This document shows, piece after piece, positions 19,698-29,652 of a stretch of 64,000 nt of DNA; within the stretch, counting starts at the first letter, position 1; every line of letters starts with the position of its first letter. The position numbers were made by a program, and so were the translations under genes. The notes under the pieces are model-generated. The model searched no databases. It saw nothing but the letters and a program-made list of their open reading frames with translations, and was not told the origin of the DNA. Origin of the DNA: Candidatus Binatia bacterium (GTDB lineage: Bacteria; Desulfobacterota; Binatia; UBA9968; JAJDTQ01); the NCBI GenBank assembly GCA_963666515.2, contig OY762897.2:896001-960000 (forward strand), given 5' to 3'.

Positions 19698-20852
19698 ATG
19701 CTGACCATCGACTCCGACGGCCACCTGCACGAGCCGTTCGACCTGTTCGACCGCTACATCGAGAAGGAGTTCCACGCCGTCCGTCCGCGCGTCGTGGACC
19801 TGCGCGACGAGCCCCGGGACCAGGGCCGCTGGGTGGCCGAGGGGCGCGTGGTGCCGCGGATTCCCTTTTCCCGGGGCGTGGGCGGCGGCGGTTTCAACTA
19901 CCCCACGCCGCGGCACAAGCAGATGAAGGCCCGGGACAACTCCCTGGATGACGTCCCCGGCCGTCTCGAGGACCTGGACCTGATGGGCGTGGACTACCAG
20001 GTGGTGTTTCCCACGGCGCTGGTGTGGGTGTTCGACCTGGAGAACGCGGAGTTGGCGGGCGCCGTGTGCCGCGCCTACAACAACTACGTGGCCGAGCAGT
20101 GCTCCCTGGCCCCCAAGCGGCTCAACGCCATCGCAATGGTGCCGATCCAGGACCCGGCCGGAGCCGCGGAGGAGGCGAGAAGGGCGGTGAAGGAGTTGGG
20201 TCTGGCCGGGGTGCTGTTGCCCGGGATGGTCGGCAACCGGCCTTTGCACGACCCTGAATACGAGCCGTTCTTCGCCGCGGTCGACGACCTCGATACCCCC
20301 ATCGGCTTCCACGCCGTGACTGGCATGCACGACACGCCGTGGGCCGACTGCTTCACGGACTTCTTCTCCACCCACGTCACCGCCATGCCCTTCTCCATGA
20401 TGGTGGGCATGATGTCGGTGGTTCGCATGGGCATCCTGGCCCGCTATCCCAACCTCCGTTGCGCCTTCCTGGAGATCGGCGCCACTTGGTTTCCGTACTG
20501 GGCTTGGTGGGTGGGCAAGCACATCGAGCACGTCCGGGGACCTCGCGGCGACGGACGCCACGAGGGCAACTGGGGCAGGGCGCCCTACACCCTGCCGGAG
20601 ACCATCCGGGAACCCATGGAGGACATCCTGACCGGACGGATACTCTCGGGCTTCGAGGACGACGAGAACCTGAGGGCCGTCATCGACCAAGTGGGCGCCG
20701 GATCGCTGATGTACGCCAGCGACTACCCCCACAGCGACATGGACTGGGGCCGCGTCGATGCCATCAAGAGCAACGATTCGATTACGCAGGAAGAGAAGGA
20801 CGCCCTTCTGGGCGGCAACGCCCTGCGGTTCTACAAGCTGGAGTTGGGATGA
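19698..20852 (+). CDS. Amidohydrolase_2 family protein
   Basis: IDSDGHLHEP, YNNYVAE, FHAVTG, ASDYPH, GGNALRFY. Confidence 0.9.
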   Translation: MLTIDSDGHLHEPFDLFDRYIEKEFHAVRPRVVDLRDEPRDQGRWVAEGRVVPRIPFSRGVGGGGFNYPTPRHKQMKARDNSLDDVPGRLEDLDLMGVDYQVVFPTALVWVFDLENAELAGAVCRAYNNYVAEQCSLAPKRLNAIAMVPIQDPAGAAEEARRAVKELGLAGVLLPGMVGNRPLHDPEYEPFFAAVDDLDTPIGFHAVTGMHDTPWADCFTDFFSTHVTAMPFSMMVGMMSVVRMGILARYPNLRCAFLEIGATWFPYWAWWVGKHIEHVRGPRGDGRHEGNWGRAPYTLPETIREPMEDILTGRILSGFEDDENLRAVIDQVGAGSLMYASDYPHSDMDWGRVDAIKSNDSITQEEKDALLGGNALRFYKLELG

Positions 20853-20894
20853 TCCCCACCGGCGCTTTCACCGGACGGAGCGCCGGGACCGCGC

Positions 20895-21620
20895 TCACGC
20901 CGCCAGGCTGCCCATCAACCGCCCATAGCCCGTCACTGCCTCCCTTATGCGGATCAGTTTGAGCGCGTACCAGATGTAGGCCTGGCAACTGGTCACCACC
21001 GGCTTGCCGATCTCCTGCTCCAAAAGTTCCACGTCCTCGATGGTGGGCCAGCGAGGGCAGGGGATGAAGATGCCGTCGGCCTCGGGCGCCTTCTCGTAGA
21101 GGCGCTTGGCGATCTTGTACGAGGCGTGCACCGGCAGGTCGGAGATGGCGGAGTTCTTTCGCACCCCGTAACCCTCGATCTGCAGCACCTCGAAGCCGGA
21201 AGCTTCCAGAAACGCCTTCATGCGGACGTTCAGTTCGTCCTCGTGCGGGGTAGCCACCACGAGGCTGCGGAGTCCCATGGCCTTGAGCGCCTCCACCTCG
21301 CCGGTGATGCCCGCGGTGATGGGCACCCCGGTCTTCTCCGTGAGCCGCTGCCCCATTTCGGTGTCGCTGCCGTGCCCCAGCTTGGTGAAGAGCGGCGAGC
21401 CGCCGAGGATGATCACGTCGCAGCCGTTGTCCACCAGATCCAGCGCCGCCTCCTCGATGCGCTCGAGCTGCCGCTCGAAGTCGGCGTCCACCAGTTGCCG
21501 GATGGTGCCGGTGCTGTTGAGCAACTGGAACCCCTCGGGCAGCATCCGATAGAACTCGTAGACTAAGGTGTCTCCGCGGGACGGGGCCACATGACCGACA
21601 CGCGCTCGCCAACCGTACAT
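20895..21620 (-). CDS. Maleate isomerase / arylmalonate decarboxylase family (Asp/Glu racemase fold)
   Basis: YGWRARVG, ADGIFIPC, LEQEIGKPVVTS, YGRLM. Confidence 0.85.
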   Translation of the reverse strand: MYGWRARVGHVAPSRGDTLVYEFYRMLPEGFQLLNSTGTIRQLVDADFERQLERIEEAALDLVDNGCDVIILGGSPLFTKLGHGSDTEMGQRLTEKTGVPITAGITGEVEALKAMGLRSLVVATPHEDELNVRMKAFLEASGFEVLQIEGYGVRKNSAISDLPVHASYKIAKRLYEKAPEADGIFIPCPRWPTIEDVELLEQEIGKPVVTSCQAYIWYALKLIRIREAVTGYGRLMGSLAA

Positions 21621-21650
21621 GATGAGCCTCCTCCGGTTTGTCGCGTGTCC

Positions 21651-22340
21651 TCAGAGCGAAGTCGTTGCCGGAAGGTCCAGGCAGCGCTCGATCTCCGTGA
21701 ACACCTCGTTGAAATGCATGATGCGGGTTACGTCGGGATGCGAGAAATGGCGGTTGTATGGATGGTGCGGCATCAGCACCCGCGCATCGGTGCGCTCGGC
21801 GACATCCTGGCAGTTTTCGTAGTTGTCGTCGACGAATAGCGCTACTCCGAGCTTCTGCACCACCGCGGATTTCTCGTTCTCGACCAGGTGCACGTCGGGG
21901 TTGGTGATGCCGTGCCGCCGGAACCACTCCGAAGTGACCGCATGAATATCCCAGCTTTCGTGGCCCCTCCGGTGCGTGATGAACGAAAGCCGGCCGGATT
22001 GGCTAAGGTGTTCCAGCCGCCGCCACTGTTCGGGGCCCAGCAGCGAATCTAGCCCGTCCCAGAACCCTGGGTCCTGCCGCGCGGCTTCGGCGCACTCCCT
22101 AACCGCTTCCTCGGTCAACGCCGGATGCGCCGAAAGGCGGACGCTCCGGAGCGATTCCGCCGGTATCGGCCCTTTGCCGATGCGCTTTTCGAGACGAAGC
22201 AGGAAGGGAGAAAGAAAGTCGGCCACCACGCCGTCGATGTCCAGCCCCACCATTTCGGCGTCCAGCTTACGCAATCGCGGGGTGCACCGCAACGCGCCAG
22301 TACGATTATCAAGGATCTCACCGACGGTCAGGGTTGACAA
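21651..22340 (-). CDS. HAD-superfamily 5'(3')-nucleotidase-like protein (start uncertain, possibly 22253)
   Basis: GLDIDGVVAD motif I, FITHR, FVDD motif IV, PYN. Confidence 0.75.
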   Translation of the reverse strand: MSTLTVGEILDNRTGALRCTPRLRKLDAEMVGLDIDGVVADFLSPFLLRLEKRIGKGPIPAESLRSVRLSAHPALTEEAVRECAEAARQDPGFWDGLDSLLGPEQWRRLEHLSQSGRLSFITHRRGHESWDIHAVTSEWFRRHGITNPDVHLVENEKSAVVQKLGVALFVDDNYENCQDVAERTDARVLMPHHPYNRHFSHPDVTRIMHFNEVFTEIERCLDLPATTSL

Positions 22341-22382
22341 GCGTCAGTTATTTCGTCATTTTTACCGTAAAAATAACGGAAT
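22334..22382 (+). promoter_or_regulatory. Putative promoter with AT-rich palindromic operator
   Basis: TTGACA-17nt-CATTTT overlapping the inverted repeat ATTTCGTCATTTTTAC-C-GTAAAAATAACGGAAT. Confidence 0.55.
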
Positions 22383-22389
22383 CACCGAC

Positions 22390-23553
22390 ATGTATTCCAG
22401 GATACTCGATCTGCCCGAAAAGAGTTTCTTCCTGTTCGGCCCGCGTGGCACCGGGAAATCCGTGTGGCTGGAGCAACGTCTCAGCCACGCAGACCTGAGC
22501 ATCAATCTCCTGAAGTCCCGCGAGTATCTTCGATACAAGCGGGACCCCTCCCTTCTCGCTCAGGAAGCAGCCGCGTTGCCCAACCCGCGGCCCTGGATCA
22601 TTATCGACGAGGTGCAAAAGCTGCCGGAGCTGCTCGACGAGGTGCACGCGCTCCTGTTCGAGAGCGGACAGGGCTATCGGTTTGCACTGTCCGGGTCCAG
22701 CGCCCGGAAGCTCAAGCGGTCCCATGCCAACATGCTTGCGGGCCGCGCCCTTTTGAAACGGATGTTTCCGCTCAGCATGCTTGAAGTCGGTGAGGACTTC
22801 AGCCTGCCGGACGTTCTGCGTTACGGACAGTTGCCCTTGAGCGTGACATCGGTCTCCCGAACCGAGAAGGTCGAGTTCCTGGATGCCTACGTCGAGACCT
22901 ATCTGAAGGAAGAGATTCAGCAGGAAGCTCTGGTCAGGAACCTTGACAGTTTTTACCGGTTCCTGTCAGTCGCCGGCGTGATGAGCGGACAGTTGCTGAA
23001 CATCACCAATATCGCCCGGGATGTGGGCGTCGCCAGGTCCACCGTCCAGGGTTATTTCGGCATCCTGGAAGACACATTGCTGGGCTGGTACCTGCCCGCC
23101 TACCGCAACAAGGCCAAGGTCAAGGAGGTGGCCCACCCCAAGTTCTACCTGTTCGATTGCGGCGCGCAGCGTGCCCTGATGGGGAGGCACCGGGACGAAC
23201 CCTCGGCGGTCGAGACGGGTGCCTTGTTCGAGGCCTTCGTTCTGAATGAGTTCAGGGCGCTCAACGCGTGGCGGTCTCACGGCGCGCAGTTCTTCTACTG
23301 GCGCACGGAAGCAGGCAACGAAGTGGACCTGATCTGGAAGAGAGGAGAGCAGGCCGCGGGCTTTGAAATCAAGTCGTCCAATATCTGGCAGGAGAAATTC
23401 AACAAGGGATTGAACGTCCTGTTGCAGACCGGTGACATCGGGCATGCTTTCGGCGTGTATCGCGGCGAACGGGTTCTGAAGGTCGGGAAGGTGACCGTGC
23501 TCCCCTACAAGAAGGCCATGGAGATGGCCCTGGAAGGGAGCTTCGTTCCTTGA
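22390..23553 (+). CDS. AAA_14 ATPase with DUF4143 / C-terminal PD-(D/E)XK-like domain
   Basis: GPRGTGKS, IIDEVQK, LSGSS, LAGRA, PKFYLFD, EVDLI...FEIK. Confidence 0.9.
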   Translation: MYSRILDLPEKSFFLFGPRGTGKSVWLEQRLSHADLSINLLKSREYLRYKRDPSLLAQEAAALPNPRPWIIIDEVQKLPELLDEVHALLFESGQGYRFALSGSSARKLKRSHANMLAGRALLKRMFPLSMLEVGEDFSLPDVLRYGQLPLSVTSVSRTEKVEFLDAYVETYLKEEIQQEALVRNLDSFYRFLSVAGVMSGQLLNITNIARDVGVARSTVQGYFGILEDTLLGWYLPAYRNKAKVKEVAHPKFYLFDCGAQRALMGRHRDEPSAVETGALFEAFVLNEFRALNAWRSHGAQFFYWRTEAGNEVDLIWKRGEQAAGFEIKSSNIWQEKFNKGLNVLLQTGDIGHAFGVYRGERVLKVGKVTVLPYKKAMEMALEGSFVP

Positions 23554-23760
23554 CGAACCGCAACCGGTCGGATACAAAAGATTTTTCTTCAGGCACACCG
23601 CAACACCCGCCCGCTCTTTCTCTGAATCAACCGGAGCTGTAAGCGCAGGACCATCGGGTCGTCGGTGGCGGCGCATGGCACAAGCCACCCGCCGCGCACA
23701 ACGCGCTCACCGGGGCATGAATGATCGTGAGCGGTTGCGTTCAACAAGTCAGGAGACGTC

Positions 23761-24765
23761 ATGGCCAGAGTCGGTTTCGCACTTGGATACGGAAAGTTCA
23801 CCAACGTCCGGGAGATCGCCCATCTCATGCGGCGCGCGGAGGAGCGGGGCTTCGAGATGGGGTTCTTCTCCGAGACCATCGAGCTGATGCGCGACTCGGT
23901 CTCGGCGCTGTCGGCCATGGGCCTGGCCACCTCCAAGGTCACGCTGGGAGCGACGCAGATCGTCCGCCTGCGCACGCCCATCTGCATGGCGCAGTCGCTG
24001 ATGACGCTGGACGAACTGACCGGCGGGCGCATCACGCTGGCGCCGGGCGCCTGCACCCGCAGCCACGCCCGGGTCCATGCGATGGAGCACCAGGATCCTC
24101 CTCAGGTGCTCAGGGAGTACATCGAGTCCATGCGGCTGCTCTTCACCGGCGAGAAGGTGGACTACGAAGGACAGTTCGTCAAGTTCAAGAACGTCGGCAT
24201 CGGCTGGAAGCCGTTGCGCACCCACATCCCGCTCTACATCCCCGCCACCGCGCGGCCCGGCCTGAAGCTGGCCGGCCAGATCGGCGACGGCGTGGTGCTG
24301 AACGCGGTCTGCTCGCCCGAGTACACCGCCAACGCCCTCAAGATCATCAAGGACGCCGCGGAGGAGGCGGGGCGCGACTTCTCCAAGTTCGAGGTCGCGC
24401 AGTTGATCAACTGCTCCATCGCCGACGACCACCAGAAGGCGCTGGACGCCATCCGCTGGGAGGTGGCCACCAAGCTCGACCCCATCCAGCTCCCGTTCAT
24501 CGCCCGCCCCAAGATGAAGGTGGGCGAGCCCTACATCCACGAGGAAGACATCCCGACGTTCGAGAAGGCCCATGCCGAGGGCGGCATGGAGGCCCTCATC
24601 AAGGCCATCCCCGACTCCTACGTGGAAGGCATGACCGCCAGCGGCACCCCCGACGAGGTCAAGGCGCGGGTGCAGCAGTACCGCGACGCGGGCGTCAAGA
24701 TCCCGCTCTTGCGGCCGGCCGCGGCGGACCAGACCGACGCCCTGATGGACCTGTTCGCGCAGTAA
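23761..24765 (+). CDS. LLM-class flavin-dependent oxidoreductase
   Basis: AEERGFE, TLDELTGGR, LAGQIGDGVVLN, GTPDEV. Confidence 0.9.
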   Translation: MARVGFALGYGKFTNVREIAHLMRRAEERGFEMGFFSETIELMRDSVSALSAMGLATSKVTLGATQIVRLRTPICMAQSLMTLDELTGGRITLAPGACTRSHARVHAMEHQDPPQVLREYIESMRLLFTGEKVDYEGQFVKFKNVGIGWKPLRTHIPLYIPATARPGLKLAGQIGDGVVLNAVCSPEYTANALKIIKDAAEEAGRDFSKFEVAQLINCSIADDHQKALDAIRWEVATKLDPIQLPFIARPKMKVGEPYIHEEDIPTFEKAHAEGGMEALIKAIPDSYVEGMTASGTPDEVKARVQQYRDAGVKIPLLRPAAADQTDALMDLFAQ

Positions 24766-24768
24766 TCC

Positions 24769-26844
24769 ATGTATCGCGTCGGCGTTGACATCGGCGGGAC
24801 CTTCACGGATCTGCTGCTGGTGGCGGATGACGGCACTTCCTTCATCGGCAAGACCCTGACCACCCACGGCGATCCGAGCGTGGCGGTGGAGACCGCCATG
24901 CGGGAGGGCCTGGAGACGGGCATCGTGGACCGCGCCCAACCGGGCACGGTGGTGCACGGCACCACGCTGGTCACCAACGCCCTGATCGAGCGCAAGGGCG
25001 CGCTCACCGCGCTCCTCACCACCAAGGGATTCCGGGACGCCCTGGAGATCGGCCGCGAGCACCGCTACGAGCTTTACGACCTCGACCTGGAGTTCCCCAG
25101 GCCGCTGGTGCCGCGCTACCTCCGGTTCGACGTGCCCGAGCGCGTGGCCGCGGACGGGAGCGTGTTCGAGCCGCTGGACGAGGACTACGTGCGGAGCCTG
25201 GTGGCGGAGCTTCGGGACAAGGGCGTCCGGGCCATCGCGGTGTGCTACCTCAACAGCTTCCGCAACCCCACCCATGAGCGCCGCACCCAGGAAATCATAG
25301 CCGAGGTGGCGCCGGACATCCGCGTGTCCGTGAGCGCCGACGTGGTGCCGGAGATCCGCGAGTTCCAGCGCACCAGCACCACCGCGGCCAACGTCTACGT
25401 GCAGGAGCGCGTCGCCGCCTATCTCCGGGAGCTTCAGCAACGGCTGGACGGCCTGCGGTTCAGCGGCAGCTTCTTCGTGATGCTCTCCAGCGGCGGCATC
25501 GGCACGCCGGAGACCGCCGCCCGGTTCCCGGTGCGGATGCTGGAGTCGGGTCCGGCCGCGGGTGCGCTGGCCGCAGCCGCGCTCGGACAGCGTGCGGGCT
25601 ATCCCGACCTGCTCTCCTTCGACATGGGCGGCACCACCGCCAAGCTGTGCGCGGTGGAGAACGGTTATCCGCTCAAGGCCCGCGAGTTCGAGGTGGACCG
25701 GGTCTACCGCTTCCGCAAGGGCAGCGGCCTGCCCATCAAGATACCCGTCATCGACATGATCGAGATCGGCGCCGGCGGCGGCAGCATCGCGCGGGTGGAC
25801 GCCCTGGGGCTCCTCAAGGTGGGCCCCGACAGCGCCGGGGCCGAGCCCGGCCCGGCCTGCTACGGCCGCGGCGGCACGGGCGCGACCGTGACCGACGCCA
25901 ACCTGATCCTCGGCTACTTCGATCCCGACTACTTCCTCGGCGGCGAGATGAAGCTCGACGTGGAAGCTGCACGGCAGGCCCTCGGCGCCGTCGCCGAAAA
26001 GCTCGGCATGCGGGTGGAGGAGGTGGCCTGGGGCATCCACCAGATCGTTAACGAGAACATGGCCAACGCCGCGCGCGCACACCTGGGAGAGCGCGGCAAG
26101 GACCCGCGGGAGTTGCCCATGTACGCCTTCGGCGGCGCCGGGCCGGTGCACGGCGGTCACGTGGCGGAGCTGCTGCGCCTGCCCACGCTGATCTCGCCCA
26201 TGGGAGCGGGGGTGGGCTCCACCTTCGGCCTTCTGGCGGCGCCCCTGGCCTTCGACTTCGTGCGCAGCGCCTACAGCCTGCTGGACGAGCTGGACTGGTC
26301 CTTCGTCAACGGCATGTTCGACGAAATGTGCGCCGAGGGGCGCGCCATCCTGGAGCAGTCGGGGCTGGCGCCGGACGAGATCGTCTACGAGCGCACCGCG
26401 GACATGCGCTACACCGGCCAGGGCCACGAGGTATCGGTGCCCATCCCCGACGGGGTGCTCGGCGCCGGCCATCTCGCCGCCATCACCGAAGCCTTCGAGC
26501 GCACCTACGAGCACATGTACGGTCGAACCGTCCCCGACGTGGTGGTGGAGGTGATCAACTGGCGCGTGGTGGCGCGCGGGCCGGAGCAGCCGCTCAACTT
26601 CTCGACCCGTGGCGCCAGGGCGGCGGGGACTGAGGCCCGGAAGGGGACGCGCCCGGTGTACTCGGCAGGCCGGGGCGAGTTCGTCGAGACCGCGGTCTAT
26701 GACCGCTACGCGCTGACGCCGGGCATGGCCTTCCCGGGGCCCGCCATCGTGGAGGAGCGGGAGTCCACCCTGGTCGTGACCGCCCGCAGCCGCGCCCGGG
26801 TTGACGATTATCTGAACGTGATCGTAGAGTTCGACTATGAGTAA
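24769..26844 (+). CDS. Hydantoinase A / oxoprolinase family protein
   Basis: DIGGTFTD, HGTTLVTN, ESGPAAG, DMGGTT, GAGGGSI, PGPACY. Confidence 0.93.
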   Translation: MYRVGVDIGGTFTDLLLVADDGTSFIGKTLTTHGDPSVAVETAMREGLETGIVDRAQPGTVVHGTTLVTNALIERKGALTALLTTKGFRDALEIGREHRYELYDLDLEFPRPLVPRYLRFDVPERVAADGSVFEPLDEDYVRSLVAELRDKGVRAIAVCYLNSFRNPTHERRTQEIIAEVAPDIRVSVSADVVPEIREFQRTSTTAANVYVQERVAAYLRELQQRLDGLRFSGSFFVMLSSGGIGTPETAARFPVRMLESGPAAGALAAAALGQRAGYPDLLSFDMGGTTAKLCAVENGYPLKAREFEVDRVYRFRKGSGLPIKIPVIDMIEIGAGGGSIARVDALGLLKVGPDSAGAEPGPACYGRGGTGATVTDANLILGYFDPDYFLGGEMKLDVEAARQALGAVAEKLGMRVEEVAWGIHQIVNENMANAARAHLGERGKDPRELPMYAFGGAGPVHGGHVAELLRLPTLISPMGAGVGSTFGLLAAPLAFDFVRSAYSLLDELDWSFVNGMFDEMCAEGRAILEQSGLAPDEIVYERTADMRYTGQGHEVSVPIPDGVLGAGHLAAITEAFERTYEHMYGRTVPDVVVEVINWRVVARGPEQPLNFSTRGARAAGTEARKGTRPVYSAGRGEFVETAVYDRYALTPGMAFPGPAIVEERESTLVVTARSRARVDDYLNVIVEFDYE

Positions 26845-28564
26845 GCCCGTCATCGACCCTGTAACTCTCGAGGTGATCTGGAACCGGCTCCTGTCGGTGG
26901 CCAACGAGCAGCAGGACGCGCTCATGCGCACGGCGTTCAGCACCATCGTGCGGGAGAGCCAGGACTTGGCCTGCGGCCTGTTCGACACCCAGGGACGCAT
27001 GGTGGCCCAGTCGGTCAGCGGCACGCCCGGACACATCAACGCCATGGCCACGTCCATGGGGCATTTCCTGCGGGAGTTCCCCGCGGAAACCCTGGTTCCG
27101 GGAGACGTGCTCATCACCAACGACCCGTGGCAGACCGCGGGACACGTCAACGACATCACCATCACCACGCCGATCTTCCGGTCCGGTCAGCTCGTGGCGT
27201 TTTTCGCCAACACCTGCCACGCCGCGGACATCGGCGGACGCATCCTTTCCGCGGAAGCGCGCGAGGTCTACGAAGAGGGCCTGCGTATCCCCATCATGAA
27301 GCTGTTCCACGGGGGCGAGCCCGATCCCATCCTGCTCAAGATGATCCGCGCCAACGTCCGCCTTCCCCACGAGGTGGTGAGCGACTTCTACGCCCAGTCG
27401 GCGTGCAACGACGCCGGCGGCCGGGCGCTCATCGAGACCATGGACGAGTTCGGCCTCGACAGCTTCGATCCCGTAGCCGAGGAGATCATCAGCCGCTCGG
27501 AGAAGGCCGTGCGCGCGGCCATCGCCGAGCTGGAAGACGGCGAGTGGGAAGGGGAGACCTGGAGCGACGGCTTCGAGGAGCCGATCCACATCAAGACGAA
27601 GCTCGCGGTGCGCGGCGACGAGATCTTCATCGACTTCACCGGCTCCTCGCCCCAGAGCCATCGCGGCATCAACGTGGTGATGAACTACACCCACGCCTAC
27701 GCCAGCTTCGCGGCCAAGGCGGCCATCTACCCCGACGTGCCCCACAACGAGGGCAGCTTCCGGCCGGTGCACGTGAGCGCGCCGGCGGGCTCCATCCTGA
27801 ACGCCAACGAGCCCGCGCCGGTAGCGGCGCGGCAGACCGTGGGCCACTTCGTGCCCACCGCGGTCTTCACCGCGCTGGCCAAGGCGCTGCCCGGAAAGCT
27901 CATGGCGCCGAGCGCGGACCCCATCTGGCTCAGCGTGTGGCGCGGCCAGGACCCGGCGTTCAACCTGACGGTCTTCCAGGTGGGCGGCACCGGCGCCCGG
28001 CCCACCAAGGACGGGCTCAGCGCGGTGGGGTTCCCCAGCGGCGTGGCCGGCGTGCCCGCGGAGGTCATCGAGAGCCTTTCGCCGCTGGTGATGCGCCGGC
28101 GCGAGCTGCGGGTGGATTCCGGCGGCGCCGGCACCTGGCGCGGCGGCCTGGGCCAGTTCACCGAGTTCGCCAACCGCGCCCATGGACAGTGGAGCGTCAA
28201 CGGCATCCTCGACCGCACCCGCTACGCCGCCCCCGGCATCATGGGCGGCGGCCCGGGCCTCCCCGGCGAGTTCATCCTCGACGGCGGCGAGCGCCCTAAC
28301 CCCAAGGCCCAGACCCACCTGGGCGGGGACCGCAGCGTCCAGTTGAACCACCCCGGAGGGGGCGGCTACGGCGAACCTTTCCAGCGCGACCCCGAACGCG
28401 TCCGCGACGACGTCGTCTACGGCTACATCAGCCCGGAGGCTGCCGAGCGGGAATACGGCGTGGTGGTGCGCTTCACCGGCCGCGATGACGAGAAGGTGCG
28501 TCTGCCCGATCAGTGGGTCATCGACGATGCCGCCACGAAAGGGTTGCGGGAGGAACGGAGTTGA
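26837..28564 (+). CDS. Hydantoinase B / oxoprolinase family protein
   Basis: RTAFSTIVRES.D, TNDPW..GH.ND, HAADIGG, EEGL.IP, DSGGAG.WRGG, GGGGYG. Confidence 0.93.
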   Translation: MSKPVIDPVTLEVIWNRLLSVANEQQDALMRTAFSTIVRESQDLACGLFDTQGRMVAQSVSGTPGHINAMATSMGHFLREFPAETLVPGDVLITNDPWQTAGHVNDITITTPIFRSGQLVAFFANTCHAADIGGRILSAEAREVYEEGLRIPIMKLFHGGEPDPILLKMIRANVRLPHEVVSDFYAQSACNDAGGRALIETMDEFGLDSFDPVAEEIISRSEKAVRAAIAELEDGEWEGETWSDGFEEPIHIKTKLAVRGDEIFIDFTGSSPQSHRGINVVMNYTHAYASFAAKAAIYPDVPHNEGSFRPVHVSAPAGSILNANEPAPVAARQTVGHFVPTAVFTALAKALPGKLMAPSADPIWLSVWRGQDPAFNLTVFQVGGTGARPTKDGLSAVGFPSGVAGVPAEVIESLSPLVMRRRELRVDSGGAGTWRGGLGQFTEFANRAHGQWSVNGILDRTRYAAPGIMGGGPGLPGEFILDGGERPNPKAQTHLGGDRSVQLNHPGGGGYGEPFQRDPERVRDDVVYGYISPEAAEREYGVVVRFTGRDDEKVRLPDQWVIDDAATKGLREERS

Positions 28565-28598
28565 CAATCGGATTGAAAATCCGCCAATGCCCGAACCC

Positions 28599-28691
28599 GT
28601 CATTCCGGCGAAAGCCGGAATCCAGGCGGGGCGGGGAATCGCTGCCGTCGGCCCCTCCCACCCCCTGGATTCCGGCTTTCGCCGGAATGAC
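28599..28691. repeat. Paired REP-like inverted repeat (28-bp perfect arms) with a third partial copy at 28741-28760
   Basis: gtcattccggcgaaagccggaatccagg (28599-28626) and its reverse complement (28664-28691). Confidence 0.9.
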
Positions 28692-28841
28692 GATTCGAGT
28701 GTCGTCGCCTTTCTGCACGCAGGACGGAGTTTTGGCACAGCCTGTTTCGCGGGAATGACGGAGGAGTCGCGGAAACCGGAAGCGGAACAGTGGTCATCCG
28801 GAAAGTTCGGTAGTGGTTATGGCGGATTGGATTTCGTCGGC

Positions 28842-29609
28842 ATGAAACTCGAGGAATGCATCGCACTCATCACCGGGGCAGCCACCGGCATCGGCAGGGC
28901 CACGGTTCTGGAGCTTGCTCGCGCCGGTGCCGCCGGCATCGCCATCAACTACCGTTCGGCCAGGGAGCAGGCGGAGAGCTTGGCGGAGGAGGTGCGGGAG
29001 CTGGGTGTGGAGGCCCTCTGCGTGCACGGCGACGTCCGGGACGACGGCCACGTGCGCGACATGGTCCGGCAGACGGTGGAGCGGTTCGGGCGCCTGGACA
29101 TCCTCGTGAACAACGCCGGCATCACTCGCTGGGTGCCGATAACGGACATGGAGGCGCTCACGGACGAGATATGGGACATGACCCTGGACGTCAACGTCAA
29201 GGGCGCGTACCGTTGCGCCCGCGCCGCGGCGCCGCACCTGAAGGCCGCCGGCGGGATGATCATCAACGTGTCGTCCATCTCCGGCGTCATCGCGCCCTCC
29301 ACCATGTCGTCGCTCGCCTACGGCACCGCCAAGGCCGGGCTCATCTACCTGACCCGCGGACTCGCCGTGGCCTTGGGCCCCGAGATCCGGGTCAACGCAG
29401 TGGCGCCGGCGTTCACCGACACCCAGTGGATGCGCGACCACTACGGCGCGGACTACGACGGCATCATCGAACGCGCCTCCGCCAACTACCCGCTCAAGCG
29501 CATTGCCAAGCCGGAGGAGGTGGCGGGCGCGGTCCTGGGCCTCATCACCGGCGGCGATTTCGTCACCGGCCAGACCCTGCTGGTGGACGGTGGCCTGAGC
29601 CTGAGCTAG
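28842..29609 (+). CDS. SDR family oxidoreductase
   Basis: TGAATGIG, NNAG, YGTAK, VDGG. Confidence 0.93.
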   Translation: MKLEECIALITGAATGIGRATVLELARAGAAGIAINYRSAREQAESLAEEVRELGVEALCVHGDVRDDGHVRDMVRQTVERFGRLDILVNNAGITRWVPITDMEALTDEIWDMTLDVNVKGAYRCARAAAPHLKAAGGMIINVSSISGVIAPSTMSSLAYGTAKAGLIYLTRGLAVALGPEIRVNAVAPAFTDTQWMRDHYGADYDGIIERASANYPLKRIAKPEEVAGAVLGLITGGDFVTGQTLLVDGGLSLS

Positions 29610-29652
29610 CGCGCCCTTCCTCCGAATCCGCCGCACGCGAGAGAGACCTTCC

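Noticed and set aside
23749-27168. 1139-aa minus-strand ORF
   Set aside because: Antisense shadow of the LLM and hydantoinase genes.
28485-28866. Short ORFs and SDR N-terminal extension (VIPAKAGIQ, LDSGFRRND)
   Set aside because: These are translations of the REP-like inverted repeat.
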